Positions 6,325 through 14,918 of a DNA stretch of 20,000 bases are shown one piece after another. Location of the stretch: the IMG/VR virus record IMGVR_UViG_3300028888_002345. One strand, 5' to 3'. The notes under the pieces are model-generated. The model had not been told where the DNA came from. It saw nothing but the letters and a program-made list of their open reading frames with translations, and made no database searches. Both the position numbers and the translations under genes were made by a program. The stretch comes from an uncultured virus (IMG/VR IMGVR_UViG_3300028888_002345). Taxonomy: Duplodnaviria > Heunggongvirae > Uroviricota > Caudoviricetes. The first letter of the stretch is position 1. Every line of letters starts with the position of its first letter.

Positions 6325-6464
6325 TTTGTTCCTCCTTTTCCATATGCATCTATTTTCCGGATATATTGCATCAAATGCCCAATCAAAACTTCACTCACCA
6401 AAATCGCACAGCCTATTAAGATAAAACTATTAGGAAGAATTATTCTATTAGGACTATTAGGAAG

Positions 6465-6582
6465 TGATGATAAAACATCCATTTTTAAGATAATGGATGA
6501 TGATAAAACATCTTACTATCTTAAAATGGATAATGATAAAATATCTTGTTATCTTAAAATGGATAATGATAAAATATCCACA
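6465..6582. repeat. Four iteron-like direct repeats with an exact 33-bp period
   Basis: TRATGATAAAAYATC at 6465, 6498, 6531 and 6564; spacers contain TATCTTAAAATGGA, inverted in the first unit. Confidence 0.8.
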
Positions 6583-6590
6583 CAAGCAAA

Positions 6591-7325
6591 TCAATCTATA
6601 GATAAAAGTTTTACAATATTTTTACTCTATAAAGAAAGATTATTTACCAACTCTTCTTCTATGACTTTAGGTAATCTCTTTCCTACAACATTAATTAATT
6701 GAAACTATTCTACTGGTCTATTTGTAGCATTTCCTGGTATTTTTACCCATACTTTTTTATACTCTATAAATTTCATTACAGATAAAGCAGATAAAGCTAC
6801 TTTAATAAGATCATTTACTCTACTATTTGCTGATTTAGAATAACCTAACATCTAACGAAGCTCAGTTAAAGTAAAAGTATAATCTGTTTTAAATTTATAT
6901 TTATCAGCTAAATAAAAATAAATTTTTATAACAAAAGGATTAGACACAGTACAAAGATAAGCTAAAACATCTACTGATACAATATAATAATTCTCATTAT
7001 AATTATATGGAAAAGTATATTCTTTAGCTTGCTCATCATATTTTATATAACCAGCGTCAATAAGCTTTTGTACTCTTTCTCCTACTTGTCTTGCCGTTTT
7101 ACCTATAACCTTCTTTATTATTGGTCTAAGTTTTTTATATTTAGACTAAGAAAGATATAAAAAAGACTGAGAACCATCTTTTTTCTATCCAGGCTTTATT
7201 CTTGCTGTAGCACCAACTAACATAAAAGAATAAACAATACTATCAAGATGATAATCAAACCAATCTGATTCTAATGAAATTCTTCTTGTTGCAGATGACT
7301 ATTTTTTTACAACAATAGTCTACAT
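6591..7325 (-). CDS. Putative replication initiator (Rep_3/RepA-like tandem winged helix), 244 aa, TAG-recoded (7 TAG)
   Basis: AAGGAG RBS; one frame from ATG to TGA if TAG is sense. 'NPFVIKIYFYL..KYKFK..YTFTLTELR*MLGY...NDLIKVALSAL' resembles the Rep_3 WH2 domain; adjacent to iteron-like repeats. Confidence 0.65.
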
Positions 7326-7425
7326 TTCTTCTCTCCTTGTAAAATGTAAAAAGGTTTCCCCTTTTTTCAAATCAAAATCATTTTAAAATTAAATCTACCC
7401 CGAATAAAAATAGAACATACCTCTA

Positions 7426-7608
7426 TTAAAATCCCAGGTTTTTAAGATACTAATCAAGTACCCCTATATATTGATCTGGAAGTTTCCTTACACCCCCAGT
7501 AAAAGAATAAAAAGTAGTATATGGAATATCACATTTATTACACATAGTCTTATAAGAAATTCCAATCTACTCCTTACATTTTTTAACTCTTTTCAATAAC
7601 TCTTCCAT
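7426..7608 (-). CDS. Cro/XRE-like HTH protein, 60 aa, TAG-recoded (2 TAG)
   Basis: GAGGT RBS; MEELLKRVKKCKE*IGISYKTMCNKCDIPYTTFYSFTGGVRKLPDQYIGVLD*YLKNLGF. Confidence 0.7.
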
Positions 7609-7672
7609 AATTACCTCGTCTGTAATTTTTTTATTTCATACATATGTAAAAAATAATTCATACAATTTTATT

Positions 7673-7924
7673 TTACTAGTCCAAAACTTTCTAATTTTTA
7701 CTCGATTCTTTTTCAAAATCTTTCATAGCCTCTATAACCTTCTCCATACCCCTCTTATTGCATAAATCAATAGTCTCACTAATTACATCAACACTATACC
7801 CCTCTTTAAAAATCCCCTAAACATAAATCATACTAATTACTAATTCCAATTCACTCAATAGCTCAGTAAGACTACCCCTTACAATATTCTTATATTTCTC
7901 ATTTTCTTTACTTATATTAATCAC
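7673..7924 (-). CDS. Hypothetical protein, 83 aa, TAG-recoded (3 TAG)
   Basis: GTG start overlaps the upstream TGA (GTGA); open to TAA at 7673 with TAG read-through. Confidence 0.6.
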
Positions 7925-8163
7925 GCGGGCGCCGGTCCTTCCTGGATTTTATCTAAATCCTTCTCTTCTTCGTTACTAGATTCTGCGGGGTTTAAACGGG
8001 CTCCCGCGTTACTTTTATACTTTTCTTCTATTGGTCTCTCCCACCCCGGTTTTGTTAACCAATTACAAACACCTCGTTTATCAATAACTACTAATCTATT
8101 TAAACAAAAACCACTTTTACTACAATAACCGCAGTTTTTGACCTAACATATAACATTTTGCAT
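7921..8163 (-). CDS. Small Cys-rich (DUF1540-like) protein, 80 aa, TAG at codon 7
   Basis: GAGG RBS and own promoter; MQNVIC*VKNCGYCSKSGFCLNRLVVIDKRGVC. Confidence 0.7.
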
Positions 8164-8193
8164 TTTAATTCCTCTTTTCTCTATTGTAATTAT

Positions 8194-8222
8194 ATTATAT
8201 CAAAAATTTCATCGTTTGTCAA
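8194..8222 (-). promoter_or_regulatory. Consensus sigma70/SigA promoter heading the minus-strand recoded cluster
   Basis: Reverse strand TTGACA-N17-TATAAT with TG. Confidence 0.85.
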
Positions 8223-8226
8223 TCTT

Positions 8227-8255
8227 TTGATTTTTTAAAAAATTTTTATTATAAT
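8227..8255 (+). promoter_or_regulatory. Divergent back-to-back sigma70-type promoter
   Basis: TTGATT-N17-TATAAT. Confidence 0.7.
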
Positions 8256-8348
8256 ATATATATACGGAAAAAGTAAAAAACGCTTTTTCGACTTCCAGCA
8301 AAAAACCAGAAAAAAGTCTTTATTTTTAAAAGAAAGGGGAAATGAAAC

Positions 8349-8543
8349 ATGCATGAACATAAAATAGACAAGAAAAAAATTCTTTTTTGGCTTGGTTTAA
8401 TTTTTTCAGTTATCGCCTTTTATGTGGCAGGAGGTTTTCTAGTTTCTTTTGTTTTTAGACTTTTATTTCTAGAAGGTTTGGCTATTTTTATTTTAACAAC
8501 TATTCTTGTAACTACATTAATTCTTGTTTTTGAAACTATTTAA
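8349..8543 (+). CDS. Small membrane protein, 64 aa
   Basis: AAAGGGG RBS; two hydrophobic segments. Confidence 0.75.
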   Translation: MHEHKIDKKKILFWLGLIFSVIAFYVAGGFLVSFVFRLLFLEGLAIFILTTILVTTLILVFETI

Positions 8544-8554
8544 AGGAGGATAAT

Positions 8555-9121
8555 ATGGGCGCTGATATTCATGTTAGAATTTGTAAATATGATTCAAAAA
8601 CTAATCTTTATAAAGAACTCGCTATTTATAGACTTCGAGAAGAAGATGAGAAATATAAATATGATTATAACGAGGAAAAAAATATTTGGGAGAAAGAAGA
8701 AATTACAAACCCCTATATTAAAATTTCTCCTTATGACGCTAGAAATTATGAGATGTTTGATGGGATGAAGCATGGAAATGAAACTGATGGATATGGATAT
8801 TTTCCATGTACCTCTATTGCTTTAAATTCTCTTGAGCCTTCTCTTAGAAAAGATATTGAAGATAAGATGAATATGAAAGAAAGCTACTACGATTTTTATG
8901 AAACTTCTTTCGCAGATGTAGAAGCTTATCTTTATAAATATCCGACTGTTGTAGACTATGATTTAGAATGGGAAGAAGGGGAAATTAAACCTTGTAAAGA
9001 TAATCCTATTAGGGAATTTTATCAAAAATGTTTAGATTATACCTACTTTGCAGAAAGATTTGGTATATATGCTGAACAGCCTTTTTCTCAGTATAAAATT
9101 CTTTTTTGGTTTAGCTGTTAA
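8555..9121 (+). CDS. Hypothetical phage protein, 188 aa
   Basis: AAGGAGG RBS; 'MGADIH...RNYEMF...ILFWF' pattern typical of a common phage hypothetical family. Confidence 0.85.
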   Translation: MGADIHVRICKYDSKTNLYKELAIYRLREEDEKYKYDYNEEKNIWEKEEITNPYIKISPYDARNYEMFDGMKHGNETDGYGYFPCTSIALNSLEPSLRKDIEDKMNMKESYYDFYETSFADVEAYLYKYPTVVDYDLEWEEGEIKPCKDNPIREFYQKCLDYTYFAERFGIYAEQPFSQYKILFWFSC

Positions 9122-9133
9122 ACAAAATTATAT

Positions 9134-9165
9134 AAGAGAGGATAAATATCCTCTCTTTATTTTTT
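9134..9165 (+). terminator. Rho-independent terminator
   Basis: aagagaggat...atcctctctt followed by a T-tract. Confidence 0.75.
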
Positions 9166-9216
9166 TATAAATTTTTGATATAATAAATATATAATAAAAG
9201 GAAAGGAGTGTTTTTA

Positions 9217-9501
9217 ATGTTAAAATATGAAAAACAAGACGAAGAAGAAATAAAAAAACTAAAAAAATTTAAAAAAAACTATCTTAAACTTAAAAATTTT
9301 AACCTTTCCGAAGAAGAAAAAGTTAAAAGATTTTTGAAAGTTATGAGAGGAGAAGAGTGTCATTATATGCTTGTAATTATCTTCCCTGATTGTGAATACA
9401 ATATAGCTCTTTATGATGATATGATAATTAAAGAAGAAGTAGATAAAATTGAAAATTTAATGGGGACTGAATGTTTATATTATGAGGTAAGAATAAAATG
9501 A
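9217..9501 (+). CDS. Hypothetical protein, 94 aa
   Basis: AAAGGAG RBS; extended -10 promoter at about 9176-9184. Confidence 0.75.
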   Translation: MLKYEKQDEEEIKKLKKFKKNYLKLKNFNLSEEEKVKRFLKVMRGEECHYMLVIIFPDCEYNIALYDDMIIKEEVDKIENLMGTECLYYEVRIK

Positions 9502-9740
9502 CTACTTTTAGAGAAATGGTAGATACTGGATATTTCGGTTATATATCTGAAAAAGAAGGTATAACCTCAATTAATTCTTCGCGGACGACAAAAATTAATG
9601 CAATTATTAAAGATTTTAAATCTTTAGTAAAACAAGGGAAAAACCCTAATGAATATATTTATGAAGTTCTACATAAATATGGACTTAATGAGCATTTGCT
9701 TACTGAAGCAGAGATTGAAAGGATTAATAATTTAGAATGA
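9498..9740 (+). CDS. Hypothetical protein, 80 aa
   Basis: ATGA overlap, GAGGT RBS. Confidence 0.8.
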   Translation: MTTFREMVDTGYFGYISEKEGITSINSSRTTKINAIIKDFKSLVKQGKNPNEYIYEVLHKYGLNEHLLTEAEIERINNLE

Positions 9741-9919
9741 ATACAGATACACTTACCATCTTTGAGCAGCAAGCTCTGCTTCAATTTCTTAAAGACAATC
9801 TTAATCGAGAAACAATCTCGGTTTATTCTGGCAGTACGCCCCATAGTTTATTCTTAGCCTTCTTGAAACTTCAAAAGAATATAGACAAACTCAATGAAGG
9901 CTTAGGGTATACAGAATAA
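9737..9919 (+). CDS. Hypothetical protein, 60 aa
   Basis: ATGA overlap with the upstream gene. Confidence 0.7.
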   Translation: MNTDTLTIFEQQALLQFLKDNLNRETISVYSGSTPHSLFLAFLKLQKNIDKLNEGLGYTE

Positions 9920-9929
9920 GGAGGTTATT

Positions 9930-10109
9930 ATGGCTTTTGATTAGAGAAATAGTCATTATTTAAATGAAAAAAATAGAATTTTTCCAAAATCAGAACCAGA
10001 TTTTTGGGATGTAATGGATGCAGATTATAATATAAAAACTGGAAATACTTTTGGAGAAACAGAACAAATAACTCTTTAGTTGCAAAACTGGAGAAGTGAA
10101 TAGAGGTGA
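9930..10109 (+). CDS. Hypothetical protein, 59 aa, TAG-recoded (3 TAG)
   Basis: Perfect AAGGAGGT RBS; MAFD*RNSHYL...ITL*LQNWRSE*R ends at TGA overlapping the next start. Confidence 0.7.
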
Positions 10110-10378
10110 ATACCTTGCTTAAATTAGTTTTTATTATTTTAGGAATTATTATAATATCTGCATCAATTTCTTATGGTTTATATTATAAATACCTTTATGT
10201 AAATTTACATAGAAATTTTAAATCTTATATGAAAAATGTAGAACGTAAATATATTAATGTAGATGTTATTTTACGCAATGCAGTATATGAAGCATATATA
10301 AATGCAAAAGAAAAACATTATGCTTTTGAACAAAAGGCTTATGAATAGCTATATCAAAAGATAAAAGCAAAATGGTAA
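10106..10378 (+). CDS. Membrane-anchored protein, about 90 aa (reads through TAG 10346)
   Basis: N-terminal TM helix; read-through reaches TAA 10376, immediately before the terminator. Start may be TTG 10115. Confidence 0.7.
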
Positions 10379-10382
10379 TTTT

Positions 10383-10424
10383 AAGGGAAGAGATTAAAAT
10401 AAAATCTCTTCCCTTTATTTTTTT
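10383..10424 (+). terminator. Rho-independent terminator
   Basis: aagggaagagatt...aatctcttccctt followed by a T-tract. Confidence 0.8.
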
Positions 10425-10481
10425 TAAAATTTTTGATATAATTATTATATCAAGAGGAAAGAAAAGAAAGGGGTTGTACTT

Positions 10482-11393
10482 ATGAATGAAAAATGGTATG
10501 TCGCTCCGAGCTATGAACACGCAGAAATCAAAAAAATTGATGAAGAAAATCATAAAGCATATATCAAAGAAGTATGCCCGAGATGCAGTGGACTGGGTAT
10601 TATCGTTTCTCGTGTTGAAAATGGCAAGATGATTCCTATCCCGGTAGATGGCGGTATATGCTATCAGTGTAATGGTGATAAATATATCTACAAATGGGTT
10701 AAAGCTTATACAGAAAAAGAATATGCCCGTTACACTAAAAACCAGGAAAGAGCAAAAGAACGTAGAATTGAAAAAGAAAAAGCTAGAATTGCTGAATTAG
10801 ACGCAAAAGCAGAAGAAAATAAAGCAGCTCTTCTTGAAAAATTTGGTTTTGATGTAGAAAATCCTACTGTTTATCTTATTAGTGGAAATACATTTGAAAT
10901 CAAAGATTGGATTAAAGAACGCGGCGGCCGTTACAACCCTGCTTTAAACTGGTACTTTACAGGAAATTCCAACCAGCTTCCGGAAGGCTACGAGTATATC
11001 GCAATTCCGTTTGATGACTTGTATGATTGGTATCCGCGTGTTAAGAGAATTGAACTGAAAGACAATGCGAAAGAAATCGCGGAAGCCGCTCGAATCGCCG
11101 CTATGCCTGAGTCTAAATCTGAATGGGTAGGAGAGATTAAGCAGCGTATGCGTGACCTCAAGGTAGTATTAACCGGCGCCCGCGTGGTTTCCAGCGCATA
11201 TGGAGAATCTATCATGTTCACTTTTGATTATAATGGCAACGCATTGGTCTGGTTTACCTCTTGTCCGCCTGATGAAGATAAGGCTATTGTTGGTCATGAA
11301 TATCTTCTTACCGGCACGGTTAAAAAATATGATGCTTATCGTGGTGTGAAACAGACTTACCTTAATCGTTGTATTTTAAAGGAGGTATGTTAA
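10482..11393 (+). CDS. Zn-finger plus C-terminal OB-fold nucleic-acid-binding protein, 303 aa
   Basis: CPRCSGLG...CYQCNG; central 'GNTFEIKDWIKERGGRYNP..WY'; C-terminal 'LTGTVKKYDAYRGVKQTYLNRC' OB-fold-like. Confidence 0.7.
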   Translation: MNEKWYVAPSYEHAEIKKIDEENHKAYIKEVCPRCSGLGIIVSRVENGKMIPIPVDGGICYQCNGDKYIYKWVKAYTEKEYARYTKNQERAKERRIEKEKARIAELDAKAEENKAALLEKFGFDVENPTVYLISGNTFEIKDWIKERGGRYNPALNWYFTGNSNQLPEGYEYIAIPFDDLYDWYPRVKRIELKDNAKEIAEAARIAAMPESKSEWVGEIKQRMRDLKVVLTGARVVSSAYGESIMFTFDYNGNALVWFTSCPPDEDKAIVGHEYLLTGTVKKYDAYRGVKQTYLNRCILKEVC

Positions 11394-11578
11394 TGACTAT
11401 TTATATGGTTCAAAAAATTGATGGATATGGTGGATGGGGAGAGACTTATTATGGAGAAGTAATTGCAGTTTTTCCGACAAGAGAAGAAGCTGAAAATTAT
11501 GTTTATAGTCATCATCTAGACAGTGCTATGTACAGTGGATGGCCGACCATTATAATCACAGAAAAAGAACTTAAATAA
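11393..11578 (+). CDS. Hypothetical protein, 61 aa
   Basis: GGAGG RBS, TAATG overlap; 'VIAVFPTREEAENY' common small phage protein pattern. Confidence 0.8.
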   Translation: MTIYMVQKIDGYGGWGETYYGEVIAVFPTREEAENYVYSHHLDSAMYSGWPTIIITEKELK

Positions 11579-11642
11579 GATTATTTTACTTTTAAAAAAA
11601 TTTTTGATATAATATATATATCAAAAGAAGGGAGATAAGCTT

Positions 11643-12089
11643 TTGAAGAAGGAAATTACTGCTATTACAGAGATTCTTAATGACTTTTTGAAACCTTTTG
11701 ATTGTGTATCAAATTTTGGAGAAGCTTTTGGTTTTTATCCATTTTCTAACACTGTTGAATTTGCACTCACTGTAAAAGACGTTCATGCTAAAACTTTTAT
11801 GAACTTTGTAACTAAGCGGTATCCCGATATTCATGCTGACATATTTTTATGGAGTATTATGCATGAAGTAGGTCATCATGAGACAGAAAATGATTTTGAT
11901 GATGATGAATGGGAAGACTATATGAGAGCAATTTTTAATTGCGAAGATGATATGGAATATTACCATTTGTCTATTGAATGCGCGGCGACCGATTGGGCGG
12001 GGAATTACATGAGAACTCATACAGATGAGGTTTCAGCCCTATGGAAGAAACTGCAGCCCGCGATTATGAACTTTTACAAAAGTTTTTAA
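11643..12089 (+). CDS. Putative zinc metallopeptidase (HExxH; ImmA/IrrE-like), 148 aa
   Basis: SIMHEVGHH plus downstream 'IECAATDWA' third-ligand motif; TTG start with GGGAG RBS. Confidence 0.7.
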   Translation: MKKEITAITEILNDFLKPFDCVSNFGEAFGFYPFSNTVEFALTVKDVHAKTFMNFVTKRYPDIHADIFLWSIMHEVGHHETENDFDDDEWEDYMRAIFNCEDDMEYYHLSIECAATDWAGNYMRTHTDEVSALWKKLQPAIMNFYKSF

Positions 12090-12176
12090 ATTATTTTACT
12101 TTTTAAAAAATTTTTGATATAATAAATACATAAGAAATAAGAAAACACTTTTAAAAAAGAAAGAGGTATGTGAACT

Positions 12177-12539
12177 ATGACTAAGAGAGAAATGTATGAT
12201 GTAATTGCTGAAGTTTTTGCTACTGTTGACCGTGAGGATAAAGAAGATGTCCTTGAAATGGTCAAGAAAGAAGTTGCTGCTCTTGACCGTAAGGCAGCTA
12301 CGGCTCGGAAGAAAGCTTCTGAGAAGAAAGCAGCTGGAGATGAGCTGAGAGAGCGAATCTCTGCTGTAATTGGCGAAGAGCCGATTACTGTTGAGGGTAT
12401 TCTTGATGCTCTTGATGAAGATGGTCTTACTCCTGCTAAAGTAACTGCTCGTACTAAGCAGCTTGTTGACCTTGGTGTGGTCGAAAAGAAAACTGTCAAA
12501 ATTGGTGACAGAAAGCTGATGGGGTATTACAAAGCTTGA
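12177..12539 (+). CDS. Winged-helix DNA-binding protein, 120 aa (paralog 3 of 3)
   Basis: 5' leader nearly identical to those of 1228 and 2848; 'EPITVEGIL...LTPAKVTARTKQLVDLGVVEK'. Confidence 0.8.
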   Translation: MTKREMYDVIAEVFATVDREDKEDVLEMVKKEVAALDRKAATARKKASEKKAAGDELRERISAVIGEEPITVEGILDALDEDGLTPAKVTARTKQLVDLGVVEKKTVKIGDRKLMGYYKA

Positions 12540-12562
12540 TATAAGCTACCCTAGTAATTTGT

Positions 12563-12598
12563 AATAAAGAGGGGCTTAATGCCCCTCTTTATTTTTTT
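12563..12598 (+). terminator. Rho-independent terminator
   Basis: aataaagaggggc-ttaat-gcccctctttatt followed by a T-tract. Confidence 0.85.
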
Positions 12599-12640
12599 AA
12601 AAATTTATGTTATAATATTATTATAATAAGGAGAAAAATT

Positions 12641-13321
12641 ATGGATTATAACGTAAGTAATTTTAAAGAATTTTTTAATAAAAAGTTTATATCATGCCAT
12701 TTCACAAGTAATGATATAGATGATTTAGTATATGAAATTGAAAAAAATTTTCCAAATTTTAGTTTTACTTTTGAAGAAGGTGCTACTAAATGCGTTATAA
12801 TTCCAAAAGAAGCTGATTATGTTATTAAAATTCCCTTTGATGGTGAATACAGAGAAAATGAAGAATTAGAAGAAGAATTCTATATGTTTTCCGGAGGGGG
12901 ACAAGAAGGCTGGGATTATTGTGACCAGGAATGTGCTTATTATGAAGATATTATAAAGGGTTCTGGTTTTGAAAAGTTCTTTTTGCCAAATAGTGTATTA
13001 AGTTTTGATTGGCCTATGTACACACAGCAAAAGGCTGAAGTATATATTGATTCTTATAGAAAAACTTCTAATAAATCAAAAAAAATGGTCAAAGAAATGA
13101 AAAAGTCCATATGGACTAATTTACCTAATATATGGTTAGAATTATGCTTAGAAAATTTTAATTTTGATATAAATAAATTAAAGAATTTTATTTGTTTCTT
13201 AGATGATAATTTTTCAGATTTACATAGAAGTAATATTGGTTATGTGGGAAATCAAGCAGTAGTTATTGATTATGCAGGTTACTGTGAATAGGAGGTAATG
13301 TGGGATGGAAGCTCCGTATGA
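12641..13321 (+). CDS. Minimal protein-kinase-like protein (216 aa to TAG 13291; 226 aa to TGA 13321 if recoded)
   Basis: 'EEGATK', 'YVIKIP', catalytic-loop-like 'DLHRSNIG' and Mg-binding-like 'VIDYAG'. Confidence 0.7.
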
Positions 13322-13559
13322 ATTTGAAATAGAAAGATATGATGAAGTTGAAAAAAGAACAGAAACTTTGCATGGGGTATTATTTGCTGACTCCTATGCT
13401 GATGCAGCTAATAAATTAGATAGTTACTTTAAAACAGAATTAGTCAGCATGAAAATTTTTGCCAATGAAGAAAGTCCAGTTTATATTTTTGAGAATACCA
13501 AGGAAGAATTGTGGCATGGGTTATATGAAGTAGATTTTAAAGAATGGGTAACAAAATAA
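13305..13559 (+). CDS. Hypothetical acidic protein, 84 aa
   Basis: AGGAGGT RBS, TAA stop. Confidence 0.8.
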   Translation: MEAPYEFEIERYDEVEKRTETLHGVLFADSYADAANKLDSYFKTELVSMKIFANEESPVYIFENTKEELWHGLYEVDFKEWVTK

Positions 13560-13561
13560 AG

Positions 13562-13590
13562 TTGCCCTTTTTTAAAATTTATGATATAAT
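13562..13590 (+). promoter_or_regulatory. sigma70-type promoter
   Basis: TTGCCC-N17-TATAAT with TG. Confidence 0.65.
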
Positions 13591-13613
13591 ATTATTATAA
13601 AGGAATGAAAATT

Positions 13614-13841
13614 ATGTATACTTATAATGATGCTATAAGTGAATATGGTATTGAAATTGCGGCGGCCCTGTCTAAAGAAGAATTTAACCAAATTATGGGA
13701 GGGTTTGAACGGACGCCCGCGAGTAGGCGTGATTTTGTTCCTTTTGATACTGATAATTATATAGATGCTCTTGAATTTATAGGGCATAAAAGGATGCGAA
13801 TTACAAATGAAAAGTTGTATAGAATGGCGGAAGAGTTTTAA
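13614..13841 (+). CDS. Hypothetical protein, 75 aa
   Basis: AAAGGA RBS before ATG 13614. Confidence 0.7.
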   Translation: MYTYNDAISEYGIEIAAALSKEEFNQIMGGFERTPASRRDFVPFDTDNYIDALEFIGHKRMRITNEKLYRMAEEF

Positions 13842-14598
13842 ATATTTACCAGAAATAGATTAGTTTAATATAGATTTCCGCAATAAATAGATAAAATTAA
13901 ATAAATTTTTAGATATATATGCTAAGTCTCAAAGGGTAAACATTAGACTTCCAGAAGAATATACAGAAGATGATATTAATTTATTGATTGCTGCTTATGA
14001 AAAAGGATATAATATAGCAATTATTCTTCCTGGTCAAAAGTCACAAAAAATTACATCTGTTCCATTTTATTTTTCTATTCCTGCGTATACTTGGGACCAG
14101 TTTTTAACTTACATTTCTATTGGTGTAAGTGATATTTTTATATCAGGTGATTTAGCTTTTGAATTAGATAAAATAAGTCCAATAGCTAAAGAAAAAAATA
14201 TTAGAATTAGATGTTATGCTAATATTGTTCAGGTAGATAATAATTTAAATAAGTATAATGATGGATTTAAGCAATTCTTTATTCGCCCAGAAGATATAGA
14301 CATATATGGAGAATATGTAGATGTAATAGAATTTTATAATTCTATTGAACGTCAAAATACTTTATATGAGATATATTTTAAAGATAAAGAATGGAATGGA
14401 AAACTAAGAGAAATTATTCAAGGTATGGATAATTAGGTAAATAATTACTATATTCTTGGAAAAGAGTTTGCTTAGAGAAGAATTAAATGTAATAGAAAAT
14501 GTTTAAAAGGTGATAATTGTCAACTTTGTGAAAGATTATTAGAATTAGCAGAAAGTTTAGAAAAAAGTAAAGATTATTAGGTGTTTAAGAGGAGGTAA
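13807..14598 (+). CDS. Phage peptidase-U32-like protein with C-terminal Cys cluster, 263 aa, TAG-recoded (5 TAG)
   Basis: Read-through of TAG at 13861, 13888, 14434, 14473 and 14578 gives one ORF ending 2 nt before the next ATG; 'FFIRPEDIDIY..YVDVIEF' and CNRKC-x5-CQLC. Confidence 0.7.
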
Positions 14599-14600
14599 CT

Positions 14601-14909
14601 ATGGCTCGGGGAGCAGTTGCAAAAGAACAGATTTTTAAAAAAATGCTTGAAGTCTTTGAAGGAAGTTTTATGTATAATTCTGGAAAAGAACTTCGTATTC
14701 CGTGGGATGAAAACGGAACTCTTGTGCAGATTAAAGTAGCTTTAACGTGTGCAAAAGACAATGTATCAGTAGGAGAAGAAGTGAACGCGGCGGTTGTTAA
14801 AGAAGAGGCACCGGTTAGTAACTTCCCAGCCCCTAAGAAAAAGGTTGAAGTTACTGAAGAAGAAAAACAGAACGTGGAAGACCTTCTTAAAGCACTTGGA
14901 TTGCAGTAA
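14601..14909 (+). CDS. Hypothetical phage protein, 102 aa
   Basis: AGGAGGT RBS, TAA stop. Confidence 0.85.
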   Translation: MARGAVAKEQIFKKMLEVFEGSFMYNSGKELRIPWDENGTLVQIKVALTCAKDNVSVGEEVNAAVVKEEAPVSNFPAPKKKVEVTEEEKQNVEDLLKALGLQ

Positions 14910-14918
14910 GGAGAATTA

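Noticed and set aside
6465..6582. Possible CRISPR mini-array
   Set aside because: The period is only 33 bp and the spacers are themselves repeated; no unique spacers or cas genes.
6493..6702. Track ORF with repeated MDNDK motif
   Set aside because: By-product of the 33-bp repeat; no RBS; overlaps the 3' end of the minus-strand Rep-like gene.
6340..7690. Possible late-promoter motif TTGGRC...CATATG upstream of recoded genes (minus strand near 7684 and 6382; TTGGAC also at 15516)
   Set aside because: Too few copies and inconsistent spacing to support from this window.
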